Source: an uncultured Dehalococcoidia bacterium (GTDB lineage: Bacteria; Chloroflexota; Dehalococcoidia; Lucifugimonadales; UBA3495). From it: 64,000 bases of DNA. Both the position numbers and the translations under genes were made by a program. Positions 18,279-26,800 of the stretch are shown here, piece after piece. The number at the start of each line of letters is the position of its first letter. The stretch's first letter is position 1. The stretch is taken from positions 2,016-66,015 of the forward strand of contig CAYFGT010000006.1 in assembly GCA_964343075.1 (NCBI GenBank). The letters are read 5' to 3'. Below the pieces are notes generated by a model that saw nothing but the letters and a program-made list of their open reading frames with translations, ran no database searches and was not told the origin of the DNA.

Positions 18279-20567
18279 ATGGCTACTAACACAAATATAT
18301 ATACAGAGACTGAATATAACGTAGTTGGAACCAGACCAGTGCGCCACGATGGGTACGAAAAAGTTACAGGAGCAGCCAAATATGGGGCCGATATACAACT
18401 ATCCAATATGCTTTACGGAAAGGTACTTCGGAGTCCTCATCCCCATGCAGTAATAAAATCAATAGATACTACAGCCGCAGAGTCTATGCCTGGCGTAGAA
18501 GCGGTGATGACTCACAAAGATTTTCCAATCATCGAAGACCAAATGATCGACCTCGCAGAAACTAGAGCTAACGCAAGGCTCATGGCCGAACACCTGATGG
18601 CACACAAAAAAGCTCTTTATAAAGGCCACGCAATCGCTGCAGTTGCTGCTACAGACCCCCATACCGCTGAACTAGCACTAGACTTAATAAAAGTAGAATA
18701 TCAAATACTAGAACCAGTACTAACATATAAACAAGCGATCCAACCAGAAGCTCCACTTTTGCATGATGATATGACTACACATTTCAAATCAGAAAGATTC
18801 GCTAGAGGAGATGATTCCGGAACCAAAAGCAATATCGCAAGCCATATACAACACAAATTAGGGGATACTGCTGAAGGTTTTAAAGCATCAGATTTTGTTT
18901 TAGAGAGAGAATTCACAACTGAAACAGTACATCAAGGTTACATAGAACCTCATGCATCGACTGCAACTTGGCCTGGAGATGGCAGAGTGCACATCTGGAC
19001 TTGCACTCAGGGGGCATTCGGAGTCCGATCCGCAACTGCTGCCATATTAGGACTACCCGAATCCATGGTGAAAGTAACACCCACAGAAATCGGTGGAGGA
19101 TTCGGTGCCAAAGCGACGACCTACTTGGAGCCTGTAGCGGCCGTCTTATCACAAAAAAGCGGCAAGCCTGTAAAAGTAATAATGTCCAGAAAAGATGTAT
19201 TTGAAGGGACAGGACCAACTTCTGCAACGTGGGCAAACGCAAAAATTGGATTTATGAATTCTGGAATCATCACTGCCATCGAATTGACAATGTATTTTGA
19301 AGCAGGCGCATATCCTGGTTCTCCTGTCGGAGGCGCCACACTTTGTGCAACAGGTCCTTATAACGTCGAGAATCTACTGATAGACGGATATGACGTTGTA
19401 TGTAACAAACAAAAAGTTCAGGCGTATAGGGCTCCTGGACAGCCTCAAGGTGCATTCGCCATTGAACCAGTCATAGACGAAGCTGCAATTCTTCTCAATA
19501 TGGACCCGATGGAACTCAGGCTATTAAATGCGGTCAAAGAAGGTGATCGCATGCCTAACGGAGTTCGCCACCCAAGAATTGGATGTATAGAACTAGAAGA
19601 AGCCATGAAAGAACATCCTCACTATAATGAAAAATTAAACAAACCCAATCAAGGCAGAGGTATAGCCGTCGGATATCGTTGGCAGGGCGGGCAAGTATCT
19701 TCAGCTACTATAAATGTTAATAATAATGGCACCATAAACCTCATAACCGGCTCTGTGGATATTGGGGGATCTCGGACAGCGGTTGCAATGCAAGCCGCTG
19801 AGGTTTTAGGAATCACCTCTGATGAAGTCTCACCTATCGTTGCTGACACAGATATGGTTGGTTATACCGCCAATACAGGGGGCAGCAGAACCGCTTATGA
19901 TACTGGACTAGCTGCAATCGAAGCTTCCAATCTTGTCATCCAAGAGATGAAATCCCGAGCGTCGCTATTCTGGGAAGTACAACAGGAGGATGTCAAATTT
20001 GAGAATGGTACATTTACATGTATTAAGAATCCAGAAGATACGTTATCTTTCAAAGATATAGCTAGGAGACAGATGGGGAGCGGAGGACCCATAACTTGCT
20101 CGGCATCTGCAACTTCAACAGGAGTCGGGCCCATTATTGCAGGCAATATAATCGATGTGGAAGTTGATCCTGAAACTGGCAAGGTATCCATACTGAAATG
20201 CACTTCATTTTTAGACGTTGGTTTTCCTGCACATCCAAGCTACGTCGAAGGCCAAATACAAGGTGCTACTGTACAAGGCATAGGGTGGGCTTTGAATGAA
20301 GAGTATGTCTATAACGACAATGGAGCAGTGGATAACGCAAGCTTCTTGGATTATCGAATGCCTACTAGCCTTGATGTCCCAATGATTGAGTCTGTTATGG
20401 TTACAGTGCCTAATCCGAGACATCCGTTTGGTCTACGAGGAGTCGGGGAAGCTCCAATAATTCCCCCATTATCTGCTATACACAATGCAATCAACGATGC
20501 GTTAGGTGTGCGGATAAACTCGTTACCTATCACGCCAAACAAAATCCTACAACATCTAAACAAATAA
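18279..20567 (+). CDS. molybdopterin-binding large subunit of a xanthine dehydrogenase/aldehyde oxidase-family hydroxylase
   Basis: 762 aa. GGGFG motif and an active-site loop QAYRAPGQ, which is not the CO-dehydrogenase VAYRCSFR or AYRGAGR loop. No adjacent small or medium subunit genes. Confidence 0.85.
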   Translation: MATNTNIYTETEYNVVGTRPVRHDGYEKVTGAAKYGADIQLSNMLYGKVLRSPHPHAVIKSIDTTAAESMPGVEAVMTHKDFPIIEDQMIDLAETRANARLMAEHLMAHKKALYKGHAIAAVAATDPHTAELALDLIKVEYQILEPVLTYKQAIQPEAPLLHDDMTTHFKSERFARGDDSGTKSNIASHIQHKLGDTAEGFKASDFVLEREFTTETVHQGYIEPHASTATWPGDGRVHIWTCTQGAFGVRSATAAILGLPESMVKVTPTEIGGGFGAKATTYLEPVAAVLSQKSGKPVKVIMSRKDVFEGTGPTSATWANAKIGFMNSGIITAIELTMYFEAGAYPGSPVGGATLCATGPYNVENLLIDGYDVVCNKQKVQAYRAPGQPQGAFAIEPVIDEAAILLNMDPMELRLLNAVKEGDRMPNGVRHPRIGCIELEEAMKEHPHYNEKLNKPNQGRGIAVGYRWQGGQVSSATINVNNNGTINLITGSVDIGGSRTAVAMQAAEVLGITSDEVSPIVADTDMVGYTANTGGSRTAYDTGLAAIEASNLVIQEMKSRASLFWEVQQEDVKFENGTFTCIKNPEDTLSFKDIARRQMGSGGPITCSASATSTGVGPIIAGNIIDVEVDPETGKVSILKCTSFLDVGFPAHPSYVEGQIQGATVQGIGWALNEEYVYNDNGAVDNASFLDYRMPTSLDVPMIESVMVTVPNPRHPFGLRGVGEAPIIPPLSAIHNAINDALGVRINSLPITPNKILQHLNK

Positions 20568-20585
20568 AATTAATCAGAGTGAGAC

Positions 20586-21740
20586 ATGTCTAGCAAATTA
20601 AGTAAATGCCATAACACCAAAGATTTTAGAAAACTTGCAAGAAAACGGATACCGTCACCTATTTTCAATTATCTAGATGGCGGAGCAGATGATGAAACGA
20701 CATTAGCAAGGAATACCGACTCTTTTGAGGCATGTGACCTAGTTCCTAACGTATTACGAAGCGTAGGAACCATAGATACTAGTGTTTCTGTGATGGGCAA
20801 GAAAATCAACACACCTTTGTTCTTCTCTCCTACGGCACTGCAACGCCTATTCCATCATCAAGGAGAAAAAGCTGTAGCAAAAGCGGCAGAAAAATTTGGT
20901 ACTTACTGCGGAATATCATCATTAGCAACAGTTAGTATCGAGGAAATAGCAAAGAACTACTCTTCGCCTAAAATGTTCCAGTTATATGTACACAAGGACC
21001 AAGGCTTAAACAATAGCATGATAGAAAAATGCATTGAGCACAATTTTGACGCTTTAGCAATAACGGTTGATACTATCGTGGCTGGAAATAGGGAACGGGA
21101 TTTCTACACAGGGTTCACTACCCCGCCCAAACTGACACCCAAAAGCATGCTCAGCTTTGCGACCCATCCGGCCTGGACGGCAAACTATCTTTTCCGCGAA
21201 AAATTTGAATTGCCCCAACTACAAAGCCACGTCAAAGAAGGTACAGATGTGAAAGTATCGATTGGAGAATATTTCACGTCACTGATTGATCAGAATATGA
21301 ATTGGGACACTATCAATCAAATCAGTAAGAAATGGGGGAAAGCATTATGTATTAAAGGGATCATGTCAGCTGAAGATGCCAAGAAAGCGGTTGATATCGG
21401 GGCTACCGCAATTATGGTGTCTAACCATGGAGGTAGACAACTTGACGGCTCCCGGGCACCATTTGATCAATTAGCTGAGATCGTTGACGCTGTTGGAGAC
21501 AAAGTAGATGTCATCTGTGATGGCGGTATACGGCGAGGAACCCATGTGCTAAAAGCCCTATCACTGGGAGCAAAAGCCTGTTCTGGAGGGAGAATGTATT
21601 TATATGCATTAGCCGCAGGCGGGGAACAGGGGGTAGAACGTGCTATGCAACTAATGCAAGACGAGATCGAACGAGGCATGAAACTAATGGGCTGTACGAA
21701 CATAAATGAATTAAGCAGAGACAATATAAGGTATAGATAA
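20586..21740 (+). CDS. FMN-dependent alpha-hydroxy acid dehydrogenase (L-lactate dehydrogenase/glycolate oxidase family)
   Basis: 384 aa. SNHGGRQLD and GGIRRG motifs. Starts 18 nt after the Mo-hydroxylase gene. Confidence 0.9.
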   Translation: MSSKLSKCHNTKDFRKLARKRIPSPIFNYLDGGADDETTLARNTDSFEACDLVPNVLRSVGTIDTSVSVMGKKINTPLFFSPTALQRLFHHQGEKAVAKAAEKFGTYCGISSLATVSIEEIAKNYSSPKMFQLYVHKDQGLNNSMIEKCIEHNFDALAITVDTIVAGNRERDFYTGFTTPPKLTPKSMLSFATHPAWTANYLFREKFELPQLQSHVKEGTDVKVSIGEYFTSLIDQNMNWDTINQISKKWGKALCIKGIMSAEDAKKAVDIGATAIMVSNHGGRQLDGSRAPFDQLAEIVDAVGDKVDVICDGGIRRGTHVLKALSLGAKACSGGRMYLYALAAGGEQGVERAMQLMQDEIERGMKLMGCTNINELSRDNIRYR

Positions 21741-21745
21741 GCTTT

Positions 21746-22780
21746 CTATGAAACAGAATTTACATCTATTTTTTCTGTAACAGAGTGAGTAGTGCCGCCA
21801 AAAGTAGGAATCCACGAAGAATGCTTCCCAGGTCCTCCTGTAACACCAATCAATAAATCAGAAGTTTCTCTGACCATCGGTACTGGCCCTTTAGGGATTT
21901 CCCCAAATCGCTCCATAAGAGTATCATGAGTATATCTATCTAAGGGTATTAATGCATGCTTCATAAGCCACTCGATAACATCTTGCTTAGTGAACCCATC
22001 TCTTGCTATAGTTTCTGCATGTTCGGGGCCAAACAACAAAACCGTTTGACCACCAGTATATGCATTGTTAGCTCCTGTCACCCCCATAGCTCCAGCAACA
22101 ATCGTTAATATTTCTTCTGCTGACCTACCTGTATGATCATTTATATTGTGAGGAGATTCTCCTGCAACTACAGTAACTGTACTATCGTCAATATCAAATC
22201 CCATATCTACATGGATCGGTTTCCAAGGAGTCAAGTCTTCATTTTCTCCTATGCAAAACGAAAATTTCCCAGGGGAGCCTTGAGAAGACATATCGCCAAT
22301 ACCGGGATTCCCTCCTCCTACATTTAACAATATTAATCTCATAGCTCTGCCAATCACTGCATTAGCAACGAACCCTGGTCCAAACACTCCGGAAGAACAA
22401 TTAATGTTCAATGCTTCTCTAATAGGACCATTAACAATCATCAATACACCACACGGGTGTGTGGTAGCTTGTATGGCATACAGATTAAATTCCGGCTGTA
22501 TAATAGCTTTTATCGCCGCAATTACTACAGGAAAATGCTCCGTACGACACCCTGCCATAACTGCATTAATGGCAACTTTTTCAATAGTTGCCGCCCCCCA
22601 ATTCGGAGGTATCTCTCCCAATACATGACCACGATCAAATCCGCTAGATGCTATCATAGCGTCTACTCTGTCTGGAGTCGGGGGAATTATAGGAAGCCCA
22701 TCACTCCAACCGTGTTTCGTAAAATAATCGTTGATTGCTTCGGAGGATGATGGCAATGAAATTATTTCATTAGGATCCAT
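21746..22780 (-). CDS. conserved-looking hypothetical protein, partner of the UGSC selenoprotein
   Basis: 344 aa, soluble. The ATG lies 5 nt after the selenoprotein TAA with GGGAG upstream. Cys at positions 78, 110, 128 and 176 (VMAGC, THPCG, INCSSG, FSFCIG). I cannot name a family from memory. Confidence 0.6.
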   Translation of the reverse strand: MDPNEIISLPSSSEAINDYFTKHGWSDGLPIIPPTPDRVDAMIASSGFDRGHVLGEIPPNWGAATIEKVAINAVMAGCRTEHFPVVIAAIKAIIQPEFNLYAIQATTHPCGVLMIVNGPIREALNINCSSGVFGPGFVANAVIGRAMRLILLNVGGGNPGIGDMSSQGSPGKFSFCIGENEDLTPWKPIHVDMGFDIDDSTVTVVAGESPHNINDHTGRSAEEILTIVAGAMGVTGANNAYTGGQTVLLFGPEHAETIARDGFTKQDVIEWLMKHALIPLDRYTHDTLMERFGEIPKGPVPMVRETSDLLIGVTGGPGKHSSWIPTFGGTTHSVTEKIDVNSVS

Positions 22781-22784
22781 GAAG

Positions 22785-23321
22785 TTACGCTCCCATCCAT
22801 CCTTTAATGATTTGATCTACAAAAACGTCTGCTAATTCTTTCACTTCCTTTTTCTCAATGCCTCCAAAGGGATGTTTCCCAATAGCGACTGGTAAATCAG
22901 GCATTCCAAGAGTTTTACTTTCCGAATCCGCAAGTCTGATAAATCTATCAGAACATATTGTGACCGTATTAACATTTAATTTCTCTAGCTCAACCGCGTC
23001 ATGGATACACCATGAAGTGCACGAGCCTCAATCTGCTAAACCTATTATTGCTAAGTCTATTTCTGTAGCCATGATCTCTAATGTTTCTTCGTCAAGAGGT
23101 ATAGAGGCCGTCCATTTACTGTAATAAGTAACATCAGATAAATTCAATTTTGGAACTAATATGCTCTCTAGACTTTTAAATATCACTTCACCATTTGGTT
23201 TGTTATTCCACAAAAATCCAAGCCTCTTACCTTCCAGATTTTCAGTTCGATTAGACAATTCGTTTCGCAGTATTCTGGGTTTCGCGGTAGGATTTAATAC
23301 CGAAATAGTATCTAACATCAT
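22785..23321 (-). CDS. UGSC-family selenoprotein (in-frame UGA = Sec at 23028..23030), 178 aa
   Basis: The listed 97-aa ORF ends at TGA. The same frame continues for 80 sense codons (GSCTSWCIHDAVELEKLNVNTVTICSDRFIRLADSESKTLGMPDLPVAIGKHPFGGIEKKEVKELADVFVDQIIKGWMGA) to TAA at 22785..22787. The motif is ...IIGLAD-U-GSC, and a hairpin follows the UGA. Confidence 0.75.
22988..23026 (-). promoter_or_regulatory. SECIS-like stem-loop immediately 3' of the UGA
   Basis: mRNA sequence GCUCGUGCACUUCAUGGUGUAUCCAUGACGCGGUUGAGC. Apical stem CAUGG/CCAUG with loop UGUAU (contains GU), lower pairings GCUC/GAGC or CGUG/CGCG. It starts 4 nt after the UGA, and the loop lies roughly 21-25 nt after it. Confidence 0.5.
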
Positions 23322-23369
23322 CTACTCCTAATTATTCAGGATGGTTTATACACTGTCGTTGTAATACAC

Positions 23370-23386
23370 TATGATAACCTATCATA
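23370..23386. promoter_or_regulatory. 17-bp palindrome TATGATA-ACC-TATCATA in the divergent selenoprotein/pepP promoter region
   Basis: Perfect 7-bp inverted arms with a 3-nt spacer, centred in the 80-nt intergenic region. Candidate operator. Confidence 0.3.
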
Positions 23387-23401
23387 TGAAAGGATTGTAC
23401 A

Positions 23402-24709
23402 GTGGAACAAAGCATCTATTCGGACAGACGTAACAAATTAATGGACTTCATCGGAGAAGGAGTCGCAATTATAGCCTCTGGAGTAGAAAAAACCCGAAAC
23501 AACGACGTTAACTATATATTCCGACAAGATTCAACGTTTTGGTATTTTACAGGTTTTGAAGAACCTAATTCTGTAGTTGTATTAGCCCCAAATACCGACA
23601 AACCATACACCATGTTCGTACCTCCATACGACGAAAATTACGAGACTTGGGTAGGGCAAAGAGCAGGGATAGAAGGAGCCATCGGTCAGTACTTAGCCGA
23701 TCAGGCATTCCCTATAGAAGACCTTGAAACCCGCCTACCTCAGCTATTATCTGACACCTCTACTCTGTATTTCACTCCTAACCCGGACCATGATCTGGAT
23801 CCCTTAATTAATAAAATACTCTCTTCTCAACGTAGAAATCATTCAAGAGGGGGAGCATTAATCACAAATGTACGAGATCTCTCTAGTATCACATCCAATA
23901 TGCGATTAACCAAAACAGACCAAGAAATCACACAAATCAAAAAGGCAATAGACATAACAGATAAAGGATTTATCAAAGCATTCTCCAATACACTCCCAGG
24001 AAAATATGAATACCAAATTCAAGCAAGCTTAGAATCCCAATTTAGAGACCTTGGTTCGCCCAGAAACGGATATCCTTCGATTGTTGCCGGTGGCTCAAAC
24101 AGCTGCACACTCCACTACATTAAAAATGATGAAGTTCTAGCTGACGGAGACCTTCTTCTTATCGATGCTGGAGCTGAATTTGATTATTACACTGCTGACA
24201 TAACCAGAACATGGCCTATAAACGGCAAGTTCTCAAGCGAACAGCTTGAAACTTATTCAATTGTATTAGCAGCTCAGGAAGCCGCTATAAAATCAATCAA
24301 GCCTGGAATTACCTTTGAAGAGGTTCATCAAGCTGCTCTGAAAATCTTAGTGCAAGGGCTAAAAGATCTAGGGATTCTCAAAGAATCCCTAGATTCTATA
24401 ATAGAAGAAAAATCGTATGCCCCCTATTATATGCACGCGACTTCACACTGGCTTGGTCTCGATGTCCATGATGCCGGGATCTACAGGAACTCCAAAGGAT
24501 CTATCAAACTTGAACGTGGCATGGTTCTAACTGTTGAGCCAGGTTTATATTTTGGGAAACTAGCCCCCAATGTACCTAAACAATTTCAAGGTATCGGAAT
24601 TAGAATAGAAGACAATATCCTCGTTACCGATGTCGGATTTGATAATCTATCACGCAACATACCTAGCCTTCCTAACGAGTTGGAACAATTGATTGGGACG
24701 GGGTCATAA
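23402..24709 (+). CDS. pepP: Xaa-Pro aminopeptidase (M24B)
   Basis: 435 aa with a GTG start. Metal-ligand blocks LLLIDAGAEFDYYTADITRT, HWLGLDVHD and VLTVEPGLY...GIRIED. Confidence 0.9.
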   Translation: MEQSIYSDRRNKLMDFIGEGVAIIASGVEKTRNNDVNYIFRQDSTFWYFTGFEEPNSVVVLAPNTDKPYTMFVPPYDENYETWVGQRAGIEGAIGQYLADQAFPIEDLETRLPQLLSDTSTLYFTPNPDHDLDPLINKILSSQRRNHSRGGALITNVRDLSSITSNMRLTKTDQEITQIKKAIDITDKGFIKAFSNTLPGKYEYQIQASLESQFRDLGSPRNGYPSIVAGGSNSCTLHYIKNDEVLADGDLLLIDAGAEFDYYTADITRTWPINGKFSSEQLETYSIVLAAQEAAIKSIKPGITFEEVHQAALKILVQGLKDLGILKESLDSIIEEKSYAPYYMHATSHWLGLDVHDAGIYRNSKGSIKLERGMVLTVEPGLYFGKLAPNVPKQFQGIGIRIEDNILVTDVGFDNLSRNIPSLPNELEQLIGTGS

Positions 24710-25357
24710 TTCTAGAATCAACCCTCCAGCATCGTATATAAAATAAAGACCAAGCACTCCTATAAAGCCATTCAGTAAAAGCATAACTAAATTATAAATA
24801 TGGTCACTCATTAATCGTTTACCATGATGTATCCCTAGTGATAGGGTACAATTCCAAATATAATCTGACATTATATGACCGATATAGAAGCACATGATGC
24901 CCCCAAAACCATATGTGTAAGACCATAATATGTAAGCTAATCCTACGGTGCTCCACCACACAACAAAGTATGGATTGCATAAACTAACAGCAAACCCCTT
25001 ATATATATAAACAGCAGACCTATTGCCTGGCATCATCGGAAGAGATGTACGAAAAGGTAAAGTAGCCTTATTTTTAAAGCCTTTTACACTCAAATATAAT
25101 AGGAATCCTCCTCCCAAAACTCCGATGAGAATACGTACTGGTCCATAAGACATAAACGGTGCTATCCCAAGTAACAGTACACAAACTATGATTAATTCAC
25201 ATAAAGCATGGCCAGTCGACAATAATACTCCGACTTTTGGCCCATCAATAATAGAGTCTCTAACATTGAGTGCGGTCACCGGGCCAGGGGCTAAAGCTCC
25301 GGAAAAGCCTACTAGTAGTGAAGTCCCAAAAATAACAACAAATACATTACTTAACAT
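24704..25357 (-). CDS. LysE/RhtB-type amino-acid exporter
   Basis: 217 aa with about 6 TM segments. N-terminal G..APGPV motif. Confidence 0.65.
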   Translation of the reverse strand: MLSNVFVVIFGTSLLVGFSGALAPGPVTALNVRDSIIDGPKVGVLLSTGHALCELIIVCVLLLGIAPFMSYGPVRILIGVLGGGFLLYLSVKGFKNKATLPFRTSLPMMPGNRSAVYIYKGFAVSLCNPYFVVWWSTVGLAYILWSYTYGFGGIMCFYIGHIMSDYIWNCTLSLGIHHGKRLMSDHIYNLVMLLLNGFIGVLGLYFIYDAGGLILEL

Positions 25358-25382
25358 ATCTGTATCTAAAATTGGTAGTTTA

Positions 25383-26042
25383 TCATTGTTTCAGAAGTTG
25401 ATAGTCAAAATAAGTTAAATCGTCTAACAAAACTGCAGCAGCTGATACATCTAATCCTAATGTGGAATCAGTTTTCACAGCTATCGTGTAGGCACCCGAA
25501 CTAACCGCACTAGCAATTCCTACAGGAGAATCCTCTACAGCTATACAGTCAATGGGACTTATTCCTAATTTTTCCGCTGACCTCAAATACACTTCTGGAT
25601 CTGGCTTACCATTCGTGACATCATCTCCGCCCATGACTGAATCAAACACGTCATAGAGCCCTATGGCTTTCAATTTTATGTCAATCCATCTATGTTGAGA
25701 GGATGAGGCCACCGCTATAGGTATATGTTGAGATTTACAATAAGCAACCAAGTCTTTCACTCCTGGACGCGCATCGAGGGGGCCTCCAAAAATTTGTAAC
25801 ACATGCTGTTCATAATCGGAAATCAGTTCTTCGACAGATTTGTCCAAACTACGCACCGACTTAATCCGCTCCCATGTTTGATGTATTGTTGTTCCTATCA
25901 AAAATGATCGGTTCTCTTCATCAGTAATCACGTCAACACCGTATTCTATCAGCGAATCGTTTATTGCTTTCAAAAATAATGGTTCACTATCTAATAATAC
26001 GCCATCCATATCAAATAAAATGGCCTCATATACTTTGCCCAT
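25383..26042 (-). CDS. HAD-superfamily hydrolase (beta-phosphoglucomutase-like subfamily IA)
   Basis: 219 aa. LFDMDGVLLDSE motif I, a S/T motif, and K...EDS motif IV. Confidence 0.85.
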   Translation of the reverse strand: MGKVYEAILFDMDGVLLDSEPLFLKAINDSLIEYGVDVITDEENRSFLIGTTIHQTWERIKSVRSLDKSVEELISDYEQHVLQIFGGPLDARPGVKDLVAYCKSQHIPIAVASSSQHRWIDIKLKAIGLYDVFDSVMGGDDVTNGKPDPEVYLRSAEKLGISPIDCIAVEDSPVGIASAVSSGAYTIAVKTDSTLGLDVSAAAVLLDDLTYFDYQLLKQ

Positions 26043-26059
26043 GTACTACCTCTTGATCC

Positions 26060-26776
26060 TTAATCCTTAAGGTGTCTTTCCAAAAATTCTAAAGTTCTTG
26101 GCCATGACATATCTGATGCTCTTTTATTATGTCTCGTTGGATCTGTAAAGTCTAGAAAGGCATGCCCCGCTTCAGGATAAGAATAAAATCTGTAATCTTT
26201 ACCTAATCGCGTCAATTCTTTATCCAAAGTAAGCATATCTTGTTGCGATGGATTATCATCATTTTCCCCAAAATGAAACAAAATCGGACAATCGATATCG
26301 GCAGTTCTGTCAAATGGGGTTACATCATTCTGTCCCCAAGCAGCAAACAAATTACCGCCATAATAAGGTACAGCGGCTTGAAACCTATTACTTACTGCTG
26401 CCATCAACCAAGTTATTCTTCCTCCACAACAGAATCCAGTAATTCCTAATTTATCAGGTTTGGCGAGAGGGTTATCATTTAAAAATCCTAATGTCGCTTC
26501 TACGTCCGATATTATTTGCATATCATCTAGTAATTCTCTCTTTGTCTTTCCTAACGATTCAGACATTTCATCAGAAATAGTATGAAATAAGTCCGGAGCC
26601 ACCGCTAAGTAGCCTTCGCCAGCAAATTTATCACACATACTTTTAGTAAATTCAGCAACTCCAAAAGCATTCATAATCACTACCATTGCAGGGAAAGGCC
26701 CGGTCCCTTCTGGCACACTTGTATAAACATCCATAACATTAGATCCTACAGATACTTGTTCGACCGATGCCTGCAT
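26060..26776 (-). CDS. dienelactone hydrolase family protein
   Basis: 238 aa. Nucleophile motif GFCCGG and a C-terminal GHAF histidine block. Confidence 0.85.
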   Translation of the reverse strand: MQASVEQVSVGSNVMDVYTSVPEGTGPFPAMVVIMNAFGVAEFTKSMCDKFAGEGYLAVAPDLFHTISDEMSESLGKTKRELLDDMQIISDVEATLGFLNDNPLAKPDKLGITGFCCGGRITWLMAAVSNRFQAAVPYYGGNLFAAWGQNDVTPFDRTADIDCPILFHFGENDDNPSQQDMLTLDKELTRLGKDYRFYSYPEAGHAFLDFTDPTRHNKRASDMSWPRTLEFLERHLKD

Positions 26777-26800
26777 ATAATTCCTCCATTCACTTCCAGA

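Noticed and set aside
18459-20563. Many 60-110-aa ORFs lie antisense to or out of frame with the Mo-hydroxylase gene. Similar shadow ORFs occur inside ftsK, rnj, nrdJ, pepA, topA and others.
   Set aside because: They are fully nested within long ORFs that have clear family motifs. They lack start-site signals and have low-complexity or odd composition. They are typical shadow ORFs.
18279-20567. A CoxL-like annotation suggests aerobic CO dehydrogenase.
   Set aside because: The active-site loop is AYRAPGQ rather than the CODH form I or form II signature. No coxDEFG accessory genes are nearby. I call it a generic Mo-hydroxylase.
22858-23124. An 88-aa plus-strand ORF covers the gap after the 97-aa ORF.
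   Set aside because: The region is better explained by the minus-strand selenoprotein continuation, which has a recognisable motif and a proper operon junction.
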